DNA from: an uncultured Trueperaceae bacterium
GTDB lineage: Bacteria; Deinococcota; Deinococci; Deinococcales; Trueperaceae
NCBI GenBank assembly: GCA_963815215.1
Contig: CAWFFU010000004.1
Location: 96,001-160,000 of the forward strand
Direction: 5' to 3'
DNA: 64,000 bases
In this document: positions 24,918 to 35,447 of the stretch, one piece after another
Position numbering within the stretch: the first letter of the stretch is position 1
Layout of the letters: the number at the start of each line of letters is the position of its first letter
Notes under the pieces: model-generated
Database searches by the model: none
What the model was told of the DNA's origin: nothing
Seen by the model: the letters and a program-made list of their open reading frames with translations, nothing else
Position numbers and translations under genes: made by a program

Positions 24918-26036
24918 ATGTCGGAGCAGCCGCCACGGCAGGGAACGCGCCTGGGGCGCGAACGCCTTCTCGAGCACTGGCAGGACGAGGGAGACTCGGC
25001 TTTCCTCTACGACGGCCTCGCCCGGCGCATGAAGGACGGCGAGGCGCGCACGACGTTGCTGCGTCTGGCGCAGGACGAACGAGCGCACCAGCAGGTGTTC
25101 GCCTCGCTGCTGGGACAGGCCCCGCGCTTCGCACCCTCGGCGCGCACGCGCATGCTGCTGGCCGGCTCCCGGCTGCTGGGGCCGAGGCTGGTCCTGGCGC
25201 TGGCCACGAGTGAGGAAGGGAACGAGGTCGCGCGCTTCCTCCAGGAGGCCCGGGACGGCGTCGATGAGCCGTGGGTGAAGCGGCTGGCGCGCGAATCGGC
25301 GCACCACGCCAGTGTGCTCGGCCGGCTCAGCGGCACCTCCGGCGATCCGTGGCATCACATCGACTCCGGCGGTCGCCTGCGGAATCTCGTCTATGGCTTC
25401 AACGACGGCCTCACGGCCAACTTCGGCCTCATCGCCGGCATGCTGGGTGCCGCCATCCACCGCGACGTGGTGTTGCTGAGCGGTTTCTCCGGCTTGCTGG
25501 CGTCCTCGTTGTCGATGGCGGCCAGTGGCTACCTGGCCTCACAGAGCCAGCGCGAGGTCGATGCCAACGAGATCAACACCCAGCGCGCCGAGTTGATGTT
25601 GTTCCCCCAGCGCGAGGAGGACTACCTCGCCGGCCTGTACGAGGAGAAGGGGCTCACCGGGGACGAGGCCCGCAGCGCGGCGCGCCGGGTGATGGCCGAC
25701 CCCGACGTGGCGCTGCGCGAGCTGGCGCGGGAGAAACTCAAGATCAGCGAGGAGAGCGATCCACCGCTGGTGGAGGGGGCGACGACCGGGCTGGCGACGG
25801 TGTTCGGCGCGTTGGTCCCGATCGTGCCGTTCTTCTTCGGGGGTGGTGCCGTGGCCGCCTGGAGCGCCTTCGCCCTCGCCATGGCGATGCACTTCGTGGT
25901 CGGCGCGGCGCGCAGCGTGTTCACCGGCCGGCCCTGGCTGCGCAGCGGCTTCGACATGTTCGTGGTCGGCCTCGGCGTGGCCGCCTTCGGCTATCTGCTG
26001 GGCTTCGTTCTCACGGGCGTGTTCCCGACCGGTTGA
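24918..26036 (+). CDS. VIT1/CCC1 iron/manganese transporter with N-terminal rubrerythrin-like domain
   Basis: N-terminal E...LY..LA...E..H and ES.HH. VIT1 motifs VYGFNDGL..NF and SMA.SGYLA. Confidence 0.9.
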   Translation: MSEQPPRQGTRLGRERLLEHWQDEGDSAFLYDGLARRMKDGEARTTLLRLAQDERAHQQVFASLLGQAPRFAPSARTRMLLAGSRLLGPRLVLALATSEEGNEVARFLQEARDGVDEPWVKRLARESAHHASVLGRLSGTSGDPWHHIDSGGRLRNLVYGFNDGLTANFGLIAGMLGAAIHRDVVLLSGFSGLLASSLSMAASGYLASQSQREVDANEINTQRAELMLFPQREEDYLAGLYEEKGLTGDEARSAARRVMADPDVALRELAREKLKISEESDPPLVEGATTGLATVFGALVPIVPFFFGGGAVAAWSAFALAMAMHFVVGAARSVFTGRPWLRSGFDMFVVGLGVAAFGYLLGFVLTGVFPTG

Positions 26037-26122
26037 CGGCCGCGGCCGGCGGCGACTGCTAGGGTGGAAGGTGCGATGCGAGTCCCTCTGCCGAACCACG
26101 CCGATCCGGAGCCTCGGTCCTG

Positions 26123-26410
26123 ATGGGCCGCTTCCGGGCATCGTCGCTGGGAGCGGGTGCCGTCATCCTGGCGCTGCTGCTGCTGATCCTGCACCGCTTC
26201 GGCACGTTCCTGCTGTTCCTGGTGATCGGAGTCGGGCTGCTGTGGTACGGCCGCATCCAGCGCGACGCGCAGGAGAGCGCGGCCCGGAGAGGTGGGGACG
26301 AGGGCGCCGAGTCGGGGAGCGCGCCGTCGGGGAGCGCGCCGTCCGAGAGCGTGCCGTCCGAGAGCGACGACGCCTCGGGACCGGAACGCCGCCACGACAG
26401 CGGGGGCTGA
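26123..26410 (+). CDS. Small membrane protein (2 TM)
   Basis: Two hydrophobic helices followed by a low-complexity tail. May really start at ATG 26076 through a 1-nt frameshift. Confidence 0.55.
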   Translation: MGRFRASSLGAGAVILALLLLILHRFGTFLLFLVIGVGLLWYGRIQRDAQESAARRGGDEGAESGSAPSGSAPSESVPSESDDASGPERRHDSGG

Positions 26411-26489
26411 GGTCGCCGCGCCGCGCCGCCTGCGCTCGCTGAGGCAGGCCGTAAGAAGACCGTTAGTCCCCCGCTGCTAGGCTGCCGGC

Positions 26490-26759
26490 ATGAAGGAAGG
26501 GTCTCGCACCATGAAGCGTTGCTCGGACACCGAGCTCGAGGCGATGGTGACGCGTTATGAGCGCGCGCTGTTCGCCGGGACCTCCAGCCACCGCGACGTG
26601 GTCAAGCTGATCGCGGCGGAGCGGGAGATCCTGCGACGCGAGGCGAAACGGGTCAAGCACACGGTGCACGAGGAGCGTCGTGCGCGCACGGTGTCGAGCG
26701 GCGAGGGATGGCTGTCGGTCACGCCAGAGGCGAACGCCAAGCATCGAGCGCCGAACTGA
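26490..26759 (+). CDS. Hypothetical protein (89 aa)
   Basis: Leaderless TAGGCT-6-ATG. Helical sequence. Confidence 0.55.
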   Translation: MKEGSRTMKRCSDTELEAMVTRYERALFAGTSSHRDVVKLIAAEREILRREAKRVKHTVHEERRARTVSSGEGWLSVTPEANAKHRAPN

Positions 26760-26796
26760 GCGGGCGGGCGTAGGGGCTCCGGTCGGTCGATCGGGC

Positions 26797-28569
26797 TCAG
26801 CGCTGCGCCGCGCCGCTCCCGGCTGCCTCGTTCACCAGGGTCATCCCCGCGAGAACGGGATCGTGGTCCGACGCCCGGTACGGCGCCGGGTCCGGCGGCA
26901 CGGTCGGGCGAGCAGTCGCGAAGGCGCCGACGAGTGGCGACTCGTCGGCATCGATGTGCCAGATGGTCGTCCCAGCGAGTTGCGGGGCCAGCGAGGGGGT
27001 CGCCAGCAGGTAGTCGAGCGTCCCAGAGCGTCCGGCGTAGACGTAGCTGTAGCGCTCCGCGGCGGGCAGGACGTGCGCCGCGTCGACGAGACCGGCGGCT
27101 GCCAACAAGCGCAGTGGCGGCTCGGCGGCGTAGCTGTTGAGATCACCGGCCACCAGCACGTCGGGGTCACCGGCGACCCGCTGGAGGCGGGTGACGAAAT
27201 CGAGCACCGCCTGCGCCTGGGCGCTGCGCCGCAGGTTCCAGCAACCGAACCCGCGGTCCACGTCGCCGGCGGCGGGACAGCCGCTCTTGGCCTTGAAGTG
27301 CAGTGCCACCAGCGTGAACACGCCGCCCTCCCGGTCGCGGAACGTCGCCGCCACGGGCGGGCGCTCGAACACGGGGCGCGGGTCGCTGGCGGACGACAGC
27401 AGCTCGAGCGCCGCCGGACGGTAGAGCAGCGCCTGCTTGATGCGGTCGCCGCCCACGCCCGCAGGCGGGTCGGGCACGGCGGCGTACACGGGACCGCCGA
27501 GCCGGGCGTTGAGCGCCGTCACGAGCGCGGCCTCGCTGCGCATGCCGTCGTTCTCGACCTCCTGCAGCGCGATGGCGTCGGCGTCCAGGGCGACCAGGGC
27601 GGAGACGAGCTTGGCGCGTTGCAGCGCGCGCTGAGCGGCGCTGCGCGCCCCGCGGTCAGCGAGCGTGGTGAAGAGGTTGTGGACGTTGAAGGTGGCGACC
27701 CGCAGCGCGCCCCCGACGGTCGTCGGGACCGGCGGCCGGGGGTTGGCGGCGATGAGCTCGGGGGCGACGACGGGCTCGAGCCGGTAGCGCGCCGGCCCTA
27801 CCCCCATCACCACCGCCGTGACGTCGCGCAGCTCGTCGCCCACGCGCGGCGGCCGTCCGTCCCGATAGCGGTAGGGGAGCGGCCGCGGGTTCTGTCGGCG
27901 GCTGCCGTCGTCGAGAACGACGCTGCGGAGTCCCGAGGCGTCGGCGGTGGCCGTGGGCGTTCCCGGCGCGGGCGTTCCCTGTGGGGTCGCGAAGAGCCGG
28001 GCATCGGCCAGCTCCAGCTCGCCGTAGCGCGCCAGGGCCTCGACACCGGTGACGACGAGCGGCCCCGGCAGCCGCACCAGCATGCCCTCGAGCGCCTCCC
28101 AGTCGGCCGCGCCCGAGACCGGCAGGCGCACCACGCGGGGCTGCGGGAGCTTCGCCCGGCCACAGCGCTGGAGTAGCGTGAGCGAGCCGAGCGTCGTCAT
28201 GCCGTACGCCTCGCTCACGGTGCCGACGGCCCGCACCTCGTCGCCGGGGCGCGGCGTGGCTTGCCCGCCGGCGGTCCTGACGAAGATCCCGTCCGAGGTG
28301 GCGGGGTCGCCGTCGCCCCGGGCATCCTGCAGGAAGAAGCCGGACAGGCCATCGGCGCCGGGGAAGGCGGCCGTCACCACGCCGCGTAAAGCGACGGTCC
28401 GGCGCTTCATGGGGGAGGACGGCCCGTCGCCCTGGACGGCGGCGATGGTGGTTCCGGCCGCGTCCGCGGGACAGGCGGCCGCGTAGCCGGGGGCGGCGGC
28501 GCTGAGCACGGCCAGCGCCGCCAGCGGCGCCAGCGCGGGGAGCGCCGACGGGAGCGATGGACCTCGCAT
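26797..28569 (-). CDS. ExeM/NucH family extracellular endonuclease (OB-fold + EEP domain)
   Basis: Signal peptide. [61 protein letters not shown] and ASDHDPV. Leaderless TACACT-5-ATG. Confidence 0.92.
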   Translation of the reverse strand: MRGPSLPSALPALAPLAALAVLSAAAPGYAAACPADAAGTTIAAVQGDGPSSPMKRRTVALRGVVTAAFPGADGLSGFFLQDARGDGDPATSDGIFVRTAGGQATPRPGDEVRAVGTVSEAYGMTTLGSLTLLQRCGRAKLPQPRVVRLPVSGAADWEALEGMLVRLPGPLVVTGVEALARYGELELADARLFATPQGTPAPGTPTATADASGLRSVVLDDGSRRQNPRPLPYRYRDGRPPRVGDELRDVTAVVMGVGPARYRLEPVVAPELIAANPRPPVPTTVGGALRVATFNVHNLFTTLADRGARSAAQRALQRAKLVSALVALDADAIALQEVENDGMRSEAALVTALNARLGGPVYAAVPDPPAGVGGDRIKQALLYRPAALELLSSASDPRPVFERPPVAATFRDREGGVFTLVALHFKAKSGCPAAGDVDRGFGCWNLRRSAQAQAVLDFVTRLQRVAGDPDVLVAGDLNSYAAEPPLRLLAAAGLVDAAHVLPAAERYSYVYAGRSGTLDYLLATPSLAPQLAGTTIWHIDADESPLVGAFATARPTVPPDPAPYRASDHDPVLAGMTLVNEAAGSGAAQR

Positions 28570-28671
28570 GGCGTAGTGTACCGGCCGCCAGAGCGCCGAC
28601 CGGGACCCCGGCGCCGGACCCCGGCGCCGGACCCCAGCGGCCGTCGCCTGCGGGCCGCTGTAGTCTGGGGC

Positions 28672-29488
28672 ATGCCGATCCGCGACGACTTCATCCTGCG
28701 GATGCTCGACCAGGTGGCGGAGGCGATCGCCCGCGTGCTGACCGGCCGCGGTCCGGCCGCGCTGACGCTCGCCGAGCAGGAACTCGCCAGTGCCTACCTG
28801 GAGCTGACCGGCTCCAGCCGTTCGCTGGTGGCTAGCCTCTCCTCGGAGCAGTTGCTGGCGATCCTGGGCGCGCCCACGCGCTTCCATCGCGAGCGCGGCT
28901 ACGTGTTGGCACGGTTGCTGGAGGCCGATGCCGCGCTCCTCGAGCGGAGCGGCGCTCAGGGCGGGACGGCCGCGCCCGATACGGACGTGAAGGATGGGGC
29001 CGCGCCCGACCTGGCCGCGCCAGACCTGGCCGCGCCCGACGGGGGCGTGGCCGACGGGGGCGTGGCCGACGGGGGCGTGGCCGATGCGGCCGCGGCACGA
29101 CGCGGCGGTGGCGCGGCTCAAGGCGCTCGACCTCTACCTGGAGGCCTCCAAGGCCGGGCTGGACGAGGAGGATCTGGAGGAGCGCCTCGCCAGGCTCCTG
29201 GGCGCGCTGGCCGACCTGCAGATCCCCGCGGACAGTCACTGGCGGGTGTTCGAGCACGCCGCCGCGGAGGGCCACTACGCGGCGGCGGAAGACCTGCTCT
29301 TCGAGGGGCTCGAGCGCTTCGGGGCCGGTCGCGACGTCGCCGAGCGCGGCCGTACCTTCTACCGCACGCTCGAGGCCCTGCCGGACGCCGATCTGGCGGC
29401 CGGAGCGCTGCCGCGCTCGGAAGTGGGCGAGGGCAGGGCGGCGTTCGAGGGCGAACTGGGACGGGCACCCCAGCCGGGTGCGGAGTGA
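28672..29488 (+). pseudogene. DUF6483-like helical protein, frameshifted near 29095-29100
   Basis: N-terminal [18 protein letters not shown] is in frame 1. C-terminal [12 protein letters not shown]...FYRTL...D.DL..G.LPR.EV.EG is in frame 2. Removing one base gives a 271-aa protein. Confidence 0.65.
28999..29085 (+). repeat. In-frame 15-bp tandem repeats
   Basis: About 3 copies of GCCGCGCC(C/A)GACCTG, then 3 copies of GACGGGGGCGTGGCC (AAPDL and DGGVA repeats). Confidence 0.85.
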
Positions 29489-30675
29489 GCGCCGCGGTGC
29501 TGGGTCGCTGGGCCTCGAAACGCGCGCGGGCGATGCCCGCCAGCGTCTTCGCCACCATGGATGCCGCCAAGGCCGCCGCCCGCGGTGAGGGCGTCGACGT
29601 CATCGATCTGTCGATCGGCTCCTCCGACCTTCCGCCGCCGCCCGGGGCCGTCGACGAGTTGCGGCGGACGGCCGACGACCCGGCCGGCTACGGCTACTGC
29701 CTGCAGGCCTGCACGCGCCCGCTGCGGGAGGCGGTGGTGCGCTGGCACGCGCGCCGCTACCCGGGGGCGCCCGCCCTCGACCCCGACGCCAACGTTCTAC
29801 CCCTGATCGGGTCGCAGGAGGGGCTCGCCCATCTGCTGCTGGCGGTCACCGATCCCGGAGACGTCGTCCTGATGCCCGAACCGGCGTACCCTTCGTACTT
29901 CGGAGCGGCGGCGCTGGCGGGCGTGCGCCGGGTGGTGTTGCCGCTGCTCGAGGCGAACGGGTTCCTGCCGGATCTCGCGGCCGTACCCGAGGAGGCGGCC
30001 GCCCGCGCCCGGGCGATGGTGCTCAACTATCCCAACAACCCCACCGCCGGAGTAGCGGACGACGCCTTCTTCGACAGCGCCCTGCGCTTCGCTGCGGATC
30101 GTGGGATGCTCCTGGTGCACGACTTCCCCTACGTCGACACGGTGTTCGGGGACTACCAGGCGCCGTCGCTGCTGGCCCGCCCGGGCGGCCTGGAGACGGG
30201 CATCGAGCTCTACTCCTGCTCCAAGAGCTTCCATCTGGCCGGGCTCCGGATGGGCTGGGCAGTGGGGAACGAGGAGGCGATCGCCGCCCTGGCTCGGGTC
30301 AAGGGCGCCGTCGACTTCAACCAGTACCTGGGCGCCCAGCGGGCGGCGATCGCCTCCCTGGAGCAGCCGCACGAGCGCCTGCGCGCCGACGCCGAACGGT
30401 TCCGGGAGCGTCGCGATGCGCTGGTCGAGGCGCTCAACGACAGCGGCTGGGCGACGCCCTCGCCGCAAGCCAGCATGTACGTCTGGACCCGGCTGCCTGC
30501 CGGCCGCAGCGACTCCTTCGCCTTCTGCCTGGAGCTGGTGAGCAACGCGGGCGTGGCGCTGGCGCCGGGACGCGCCTTCGGGGAGGGCGGCGAGGGCTAC
30601 GTGCGCTTCGCCCTGGTGCAGGAGCCGGAGCGGCTGCGCGAGGCCGTCGAGCGGATCCGGCGTTCGCTGGACTGA
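29485..30675 (+). CDS. PLP-dependent aminotransferase class I/II (LL-DAP aminotransferase-like)
   Basis: [39 protein letters not shown] and GEGYVRFAL. The GTG overlaps the upstream TGA. Confidence 0.9.
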   Translation: MSAAVLGRWASKRARAMPASVFATMDAAKAAARGEGVDVIDLSIGSSDLPPPPGAVDELRRTADDPAGYGYCLQACTRPLREAVVRWHARRYPGAPALDPDANVLPLIGSQEGLAHLLLAVTDPGDVVLMPEPAYPSYFGAAALAGVRRVVLPLLEANGFLPDLAAVPEEAAARARAMVLNYPNNPTAGVADDAFFDSALRFAADRGMLLVHDFPYVDTVFGDYQAPSLLARPGGLETGIELYSCSKSFHLAGLRMGWAVGNEEAIAALARVKGAVDFNQYLGAQRAAIASLEQPHERLRADAERFRERRDALVEALNDSGWATPSPQASMYVWTRLPAGRSDSFAFCLELVSNAGVALAPGRAFGEGGEGYVRFALVQEPERLREAVERIRRSLD

Positions 30676-30682
30676 GCGGCGC

Positions 30683-31315
30683 TCAGGCGCGGTTACGGTC
30701 GTCGACCGCGGGCTCGGCGGGTTCCGGCCCGCCTTCGGGTGCAACGTCGGTCTCGACGTCGGTCTCGACGTAGGCTGACGAGCCGACGTCCGGAGCGGGC
30801 GCACGGCGTTGTCGGACCTCCCACAGGCCCTGGAGGTTGATGCCGAAGTGCGCCACCATGGCGGGCAGCAGGCTGCCGCTGACCTGCGTGAGCGCGCCGA
30901 ACGCGAGGCCGGCGAGGGCCGCGAACGCCGGATAGGCCCAGCCGCGGCGCGGCACCGGGTGGAACAGCCCGAACAGCAGCGCCTGCGCGACCAGCCCCAC
31001 CAGCGGCAGCAGGGCCCCCCGGAAGAAGACCTCCTCCGCGCTCGCGGTGACGGCGGCGAGCAGCAACGCCGTGCCGGGCGGCAACTCGACCGAACGGAGC
31101 GCGTTCTCGAGTAGCTGGCTGGCGTAGCGGAACGACGGCACGGTCCGTTCCAGCAGCCAGGCCGCGCCCAGCAGCAATGCGCCGGTCAGCACGCCGGCGA
31201 CGAGCTGTCCGCCGAGAGCGAGGTGGGGCTGGTAGGGGAAGGGGCGCAGCAGCAGCCACACGCCGCCGAGGACGCCGAGCGCCAGGCTGGGCACGAAGAG
31301 CAGGGCGCGGCGCAC
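30683..31315 (-). CDS. CPBP (CAAX protease-like) intramembrane metalloprotease
   Basis: AEEVFFRG, LFGLFH and VAHFGIN. Confidence 0.88.
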   Translation of the reverse strand: MRRALLFVPSLALGVLGGVWLLLRPFPYQPHLALGGQLVAGVLTGALLLGAAWLLERTVPSFRYASQLLENALRSVELPPGTALLLAAVTASAEEVFFRGALLPLVGLVAQALLFGLFHPVPRRGWAYPAFAALAGLAFGALTQVSGSLLPAMVAHFGINLQGLWEVRQRRAPAPDVGSSAYVETDVETDVAPEGGPEPAEPAVDDRNRA

Positions 31316-31324
31316 GGGGCCAGT

Positions 31325-32671
31325 CTACGACCGCCAGCCCTGCGCCTCGGCGTAGCCGCGCAGCAGCGCCCGGGCGTCCTCGGGGGTGGTGATGTCGCCG
31401 ACCGCTTCGGCCTCGCGCAGGAGCTCGAGGGCCTCGCCCACCCGGGGGCCGGCCGGGATCGAGAGCAACTGCATCACCGCCTCGCCGTCGAGCAGCGGGG
31501 GTGTGGGCGTAGGCTCGTCCAGGATGGCGAGCACCTGCGCCAGCGCCAGCCGGTAGGCGTTCCGCCCGGCTTCGCTGGCGAGGGGGCCGCGGGCGGCCTC
31601 GCGATCGGCGATCATCAGCTTCAACAGGTCCGGCAGGAGCGCGCCGCGACGGTGGACGAAGCGTCTCGCCTCGCGCTCGCCGCGGGGCAGCGGAAGCATG
31701 TGGTAGCGCACCAGCGCCCCGACCCGATCGGCGCGTGCGCGCGGTTGACGCAGTCGCGTGAGCGCCGACTGCGCCAGTCGCTGGCCCAGCCGGGCATGGC
31801 CGTAGAAGTGGGTGCGCCCGTCCTCGCCCGGACCCCGGGTGGCGGGCTTGCCGATGTCGTGTAAGAGCGTGGCCCAGCGCAGGGCGGCGTCCGCTTCGGG
31901 GAAGCCCTGGACCAGCTGGTTCAGCGCCTCCAGCGAGTGGCGCAGGACATCGAGATGGTGGAAGCCTCCCTGCTCGACGCCGCGGCAGGCGGCGAGCTCG
32001 GGGAGCGTGGTGTCGAGGAGGCCGAGCTCGTCGGCCAGCGCAACGCCGTGGCCGGCGGAGGGATCGAGGAGCACGAGGTCGAACTCGTCCCGGATGCGCT
32101 CCCATGCCGGCGGAGCGTCCTCGCCCTCGGCCTGCCGGCGGGCCAGGCGGCGCACGGCGTCGCGGGTGGCGGCGTCGAACGTCAGGCCCAGGGTGGCGGC
32201 GAGGCGCACGCCGCGCAGCGGACGCAGCGGGTCGTCGGCCAGGGAGGTCTCCGAGGTCATGCGCAGGCGCCGCGCCCGCAGGTCGCTCACGCCGCCGAGC
32301 GGATCGTGGAGGCGGCCGTCGAGTCCGGCGGCCATGGCGTTGACGGTGAAATCGCGGCGGCGCAGGTCGTCCTCGAGGGTCCCCGTCAGCGGCGCGTAGT
32401 CGCAGGTGAGCGCGTCCGCCGCCACCCGCCAGTGGCCGCGCTGCGGGTCCAGGGCGAAGGCGCTGGCGTTCTTCCCGGCGGCCGCCAGGGCGTCCGCGGC
32501 GCGGTGCGCCTCGGCCTCCGGGCGCTCCACCAGCCAATCGACATCGTGAGGCTCGCGGCCTTCCAGGGCGTCGCGCACGGCGCCGCCCACCAGGTAGCCG
32601 CTGCCGGGCAGCGGCGTAGACTGGGGCATGGCGATGCGCTCCGGTGACGACGAGCGACGCAGCCAGCGCAT
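31325..32671 (-). CDS. Class II tRNA nucleotidyltransferase with HD domain, probably CC-adding
   Basis: YLVGGAVRD...DVD, EDDL.RRDFTVNAMA, DP.GG..DL, DDPLR.LR, ERI.DE and LLHDIGKP. The flexible loop is absent. Start may be ATG 32629. Confidence 0.85.
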   Translation of the reverse strand: MRWLRRSSSPERIAMPQSTPLPGSGYLVGGAVRDALEGREPHDVDWLVERPEAEAHRAADALAAAGKNASAFALDPQRGHWRVAADALTCDYAPLTGTLEDDLRRRDFTVNAMAAGLDGRLHDPLGGVSDLRARRLRMTSETSLADDPLRPLRGVRLAATLGLTFDAATRDAVRRLARRQAEGEDAPPAWERIRDEFDLVLLDPSAGHGVALADELGLLDTTLPELAACRGVEQGGFHHLDVLRHSLEALNQLVQGFPEADAALRWATLLHDIGKPATRGPGEDGRTHFYGHARLGQRLAQSALTRLRQPRARADRVGALVRYHMLPLPRGEREARRFVHRRGALLPDLLKLMIADREAARGPLASEAGRNAYRLALAQVLAILDEPTPTPPLLDGEAVMQLLSIPAGPRVGEALELLREAEAVGDITTPEDARALLRGYAEAQGWRS

Positions 32672-32707
32672 GGCTCCAATTACAGCACGAGCGTCCCGGG
32701 ATCGCCG

Positions 32708-33322
32708 GTGAGCCTTCGCGTCGGCGTCACCGGCAACATCGGCTCCGGCAAGTCGAGCGTGGCCCGGCTACTGCAACAGCGGGGAGCGGCGCTCATCGAT
32801 GCCGATGCGCTGGCGCGCGAGGCCACGGAGGACGCCGCCGTGCTCGCTGCCATCGTCCGCGACCTCGGCCCCGAGCTGGTGCGGGACGGTCGCCTGGACC
32901 GCGCCGCCACCGCACGGCGGGTGTTCGACGATCCGGTCGCGCGCGGTCGTTTGAACGCCATCGTCCACCCCTGGGTGCGACGCGCGTCGGCCCGCCGCGC
33001 CGCGGCGCTGGAGGCCGCCGACCCTGCACCACCGATGATCGTGTTCGACATCCCGCTTCTCTACGAGAACGGGCTGGAGCGCGGCATGGACGTCGTGGTG
33101 GTGGTGAACGCGCCACTCGAGCCGCGGCTGGCACGGGTGCGTGACCGCAGCGGTCTCGACGCCGCGGAGGTCCGTGCCCGAGACGGCGCTCAGATGCCGC
33201 TCCCGGACAAGATGGCGCGCGCCGACTTCGTGGTGGACAACAGTGGCTCGCCGGAGGCGCTGCACGACCGGGTCGACTCGCTGTGGCGCACGCTGCTCGA
33301 GCGTTCGGCGCAGCAGACCTGA
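32708..33322 (+). CDS. coaE: Dephospho-CoA kinase
   Basis: VGVTGNIGSGKS, IDAD, LDR, LNAIVHP, DIPLLYE and AD.VVDN. Confidence 0.95.
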   Translation: MSLRVGVTGNIGSGKSSVARLLQQRGAALIDADALAREATEDAAVLAAIVRDLGPELVRDGRLDRAATARRVFDDPVARGRLNAIVHPWVRRASARRAAALEAADPAPPMIVFDIPLLYENGLERGMDVVVVVNAPLEPRLARVRDRSGLDAAEVRARDGAQMPLPDKMARADFVVDNSGSPEALHDRVDSLWRTLLERSAQQT

Positions 33323-33483
33323 TCCGTCCGGGCCGGGGCGCGGCCGCGTCGGCCATGGTCCGCTACGACGGCTGCCGCTCCCAAGCGAGCGGGCGGCCGC
33401 CCCTTTCTCATGTCGGGGCGGCCGCCCGTTACCTTCGGATCAACGGCGCAGCGTTCGGGGCGCTCGCCGGAGCGCCCGGGCGC

Positions 33484-35253
33484 CTACCAGCTCACCTGCG
33501 TCAGGCCGCGGCTGGTGACGGTGCCGCCCGAGGTCTGCTGGTAGCTGTAGCTACCACCGAGGTGGGCGGCGACGAAGTCGAGGAACTTCTGGAGGGCGTC
33601 GGTGGCGACCTTCACCTTGGCGATGTCGAGGTTCTGCGATCCGCTCATGCCTGCGAAGGTCTGCACGCCCGTGACCAGCGAGGCGCTGGAGTTCTGCATG
33701 GTGGCCTTGGCGTCGGTCACCGAGAAGCTGTGGGCTCCCGCGGGCACCTTGGCGCGCATGCCGGCGAGGGTGGCAGGCATGGAGCCGCCGCTCTGCGCCG
33801 CCTGCAGTACGTCATCCAACGCTTTGGCGCTGGTGCCGATGAAGGCGTGGCCCTTCGCCACGGCGTAGGACAGCTTCACGGTCGGGGCCAGCGTCATGGT
33901 GGTCACCGTCACGCCGCCCGCCTGATGCGTGTCGGTCGAGGGCGCGGCGGCTTTGCCGGAGGTGTTGCTGAGGCCGGCGGCCTGCGTGCCGAGCTTGGTG
34001 AACAGGTCGCTCAAGCCCTTGGCCGCCGCCGCGTCGTCCTTGCTCTTCAACACGAACACGGTGGAGCCGAGCACGTCGCTGCTGGGCATTCCCGCTTGTA
34101 GCGGTGCCGGCGAGGGGGTCGAGACGATGGCCACGTTGCCGGCCGACCAGTCGAAGAGGTCGGCCTTGAGGTCGACGCCGACCATGGCCTGGACGAACTG
34201 GTTCAGATCGGTCACGCCGAGTTGCGGGACGCTGGCGACGAGGCCGCCGAGGAAATCCCACCATGCGCCCAGGTCGACGGCGCTGCTGTTGACGCTCAGC
34301 GCGTCGGACGGGGTGAAGCCCAGAGGGTCGGTCGAGGCCGGTGTGGACGACGACAGCAGGGCGTACAGGGCCGGGTCCTTGTCGGACGGGCCCAGCTTGC
34401 GGATGCTGTGCGTCTCGGTGCCGCCGGCCGTGAAGACGGTGACCCCACCGCTGGTGCCGAGGGTCGTCAGGGCGTTGGCGAGGCGTTGGGCCAACGCGTC
34501 CATGCCCTGCGCGTTGAGCAACGGCTGCGCCAGCGAGGCGACCGGGGCGAGGTCGGTGTAGGTCACGATGTTACCGTTCCCGACGGCGCCGAGCGTGGCC
34601 TTGTAGCCCGCGCTGTCGGTGAAGGAGGGCTCGCTGGCCCCTTGCTGCCGGCGGAGCACGCCGCGCACCGCGTCGGGGTTGTTCGACACGGTGACGAGTG
34701 CGCCGTCCTGCGCGTAGGCGAACTGCGTGGTGTTGCCGTTGCCGTTGCCGTTGTCGACGGTGGCGACGTAGAAGGCGACCTTGCCTTCGGTGAGCTTCTG
34801 CACCTCGGGTTTGGCGGCCTCCTTGGCGAGCATGGCGGAGAACGCCTTCTGCGCCTTGGCATCGACGTTGGCAACGAAGATCACGGCCGGGATCGGGTTG
34901 CCCTGGCGCAGGGCGACCGCCAGGTACGCCTCGTTGCCCAGGATGTCGAGCGCGCCGAGCCCCTTCAACTCCGCCGGCAGCTGACCGACGTCGGGCAGCT
35001 TGGCGGACTTCTGAGCCTGCTTCTCGGTCGATGCGAAGGCGTCCTGGAAGGCCTTCGCAACGCCCAGCCGCTCGAACTCGTCGATGAACGGCTGGATCTT
35101 GGCCTGCTGGCCACTGAGTCCCTGGACCCCGATGGCGGCGACCGTGTCGGCCGGCAGCAGGGAACGCAGCGACTGGGCCAACGCGCCCGAGAAGGCTGCG
35201 AGGACCAGGGCGACGAAGACGGTGGTGACGAATCCGGTGGTGAGGCGCTTCAT
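33484..35253 (-). CDS. Large secreted hypothetical protein (DUF3352-like)
   Basis: Signal peptide MKRLTTGF...GALA, then SLLPADT and GVDL..DL.DW. SD GGAGG. Confidence 0.7.
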   Translation of the reverse strand: MKRLTTGFVTTVFVALVLAAFSGALAQSLRSLLPADTVAAIGVQGLSGQQAKIQPFIDEFERLGVAKAFQDAFASTEKQAQKSAKLPDVGQLPAELKGLGALDILGNEAYLAVALRQGNPIPAVIFVANVDAKAQKAFSAMLAKEAAKPEVQKLTEGKVAFYVATVDNGNGNGNTTQFAYAQDGALVTVSNNPDAVRGVLRRQQGASEPSFTDSAGYKATLGAVGNGNIVTYTDLAPVASLAQPLLNAQGMDALAQRLANALTTLGTSGGVTVFTAGGTETHSIRKLGPSDKDPALYALLSSSTPASTDPLGFTPSDALSVNSSAVDLGAWWDFLGGLVASVPQLGVTDLNQFVQAMVGVDLKADLFDWSAGNVAIVSTPSPAPLQAGMPSSDVLGSTVFVLKSKDDAAAAKGLSDLFTKLGTQAAGLSNTSGKAAAPSTDTHQAGGVTVTTMTLAPTVKLSYAVAKGHAFIGTSAKALDDVLQAAQSGGSMPATLAGMRAKVPAGAHSFSVTDAKATMQNSSASLVTGVQTFAGMSGSQNLDIAKVKVATDALQKFLDFVAAHLGGSYSYQQTSGGTVTSRGLTQVSW

Positions 35254-35407
35254 GAGACCTCCGCTGGGGTGTCGACGTGACCTCGGCGACATGACCATGG
35301 CGCCGTGCGTCACGGCGCGTTCCCAACTACTATACGGGCCGCCGCGGAGCAGACCGGGGGCGTGTGTCGCATCGCACGTCCCCTTCGATGCCCGGGGCGG
35401 TCGTACG

Positions 35408-35438
35408 CCAGGGGAGCGCGCCAGACGCGCTCCCCTGG
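35408..35438. terminator. 13-bp hairpin downstream of tkt
   Basis: CCAGGGGAGCGCG-CCAGA-CGCGCTCCCCTGG. Confidence 0.65.
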
Positions 35439-35447
35439 CCGTGGTCG

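Noticed and set aside
28576..30675. 699-aa ORF as a genuine single protein
   Set aside because: It results from the frameshift in the DUF6483-like gene. The aminotransferase has its own coupled GTG at 29485.
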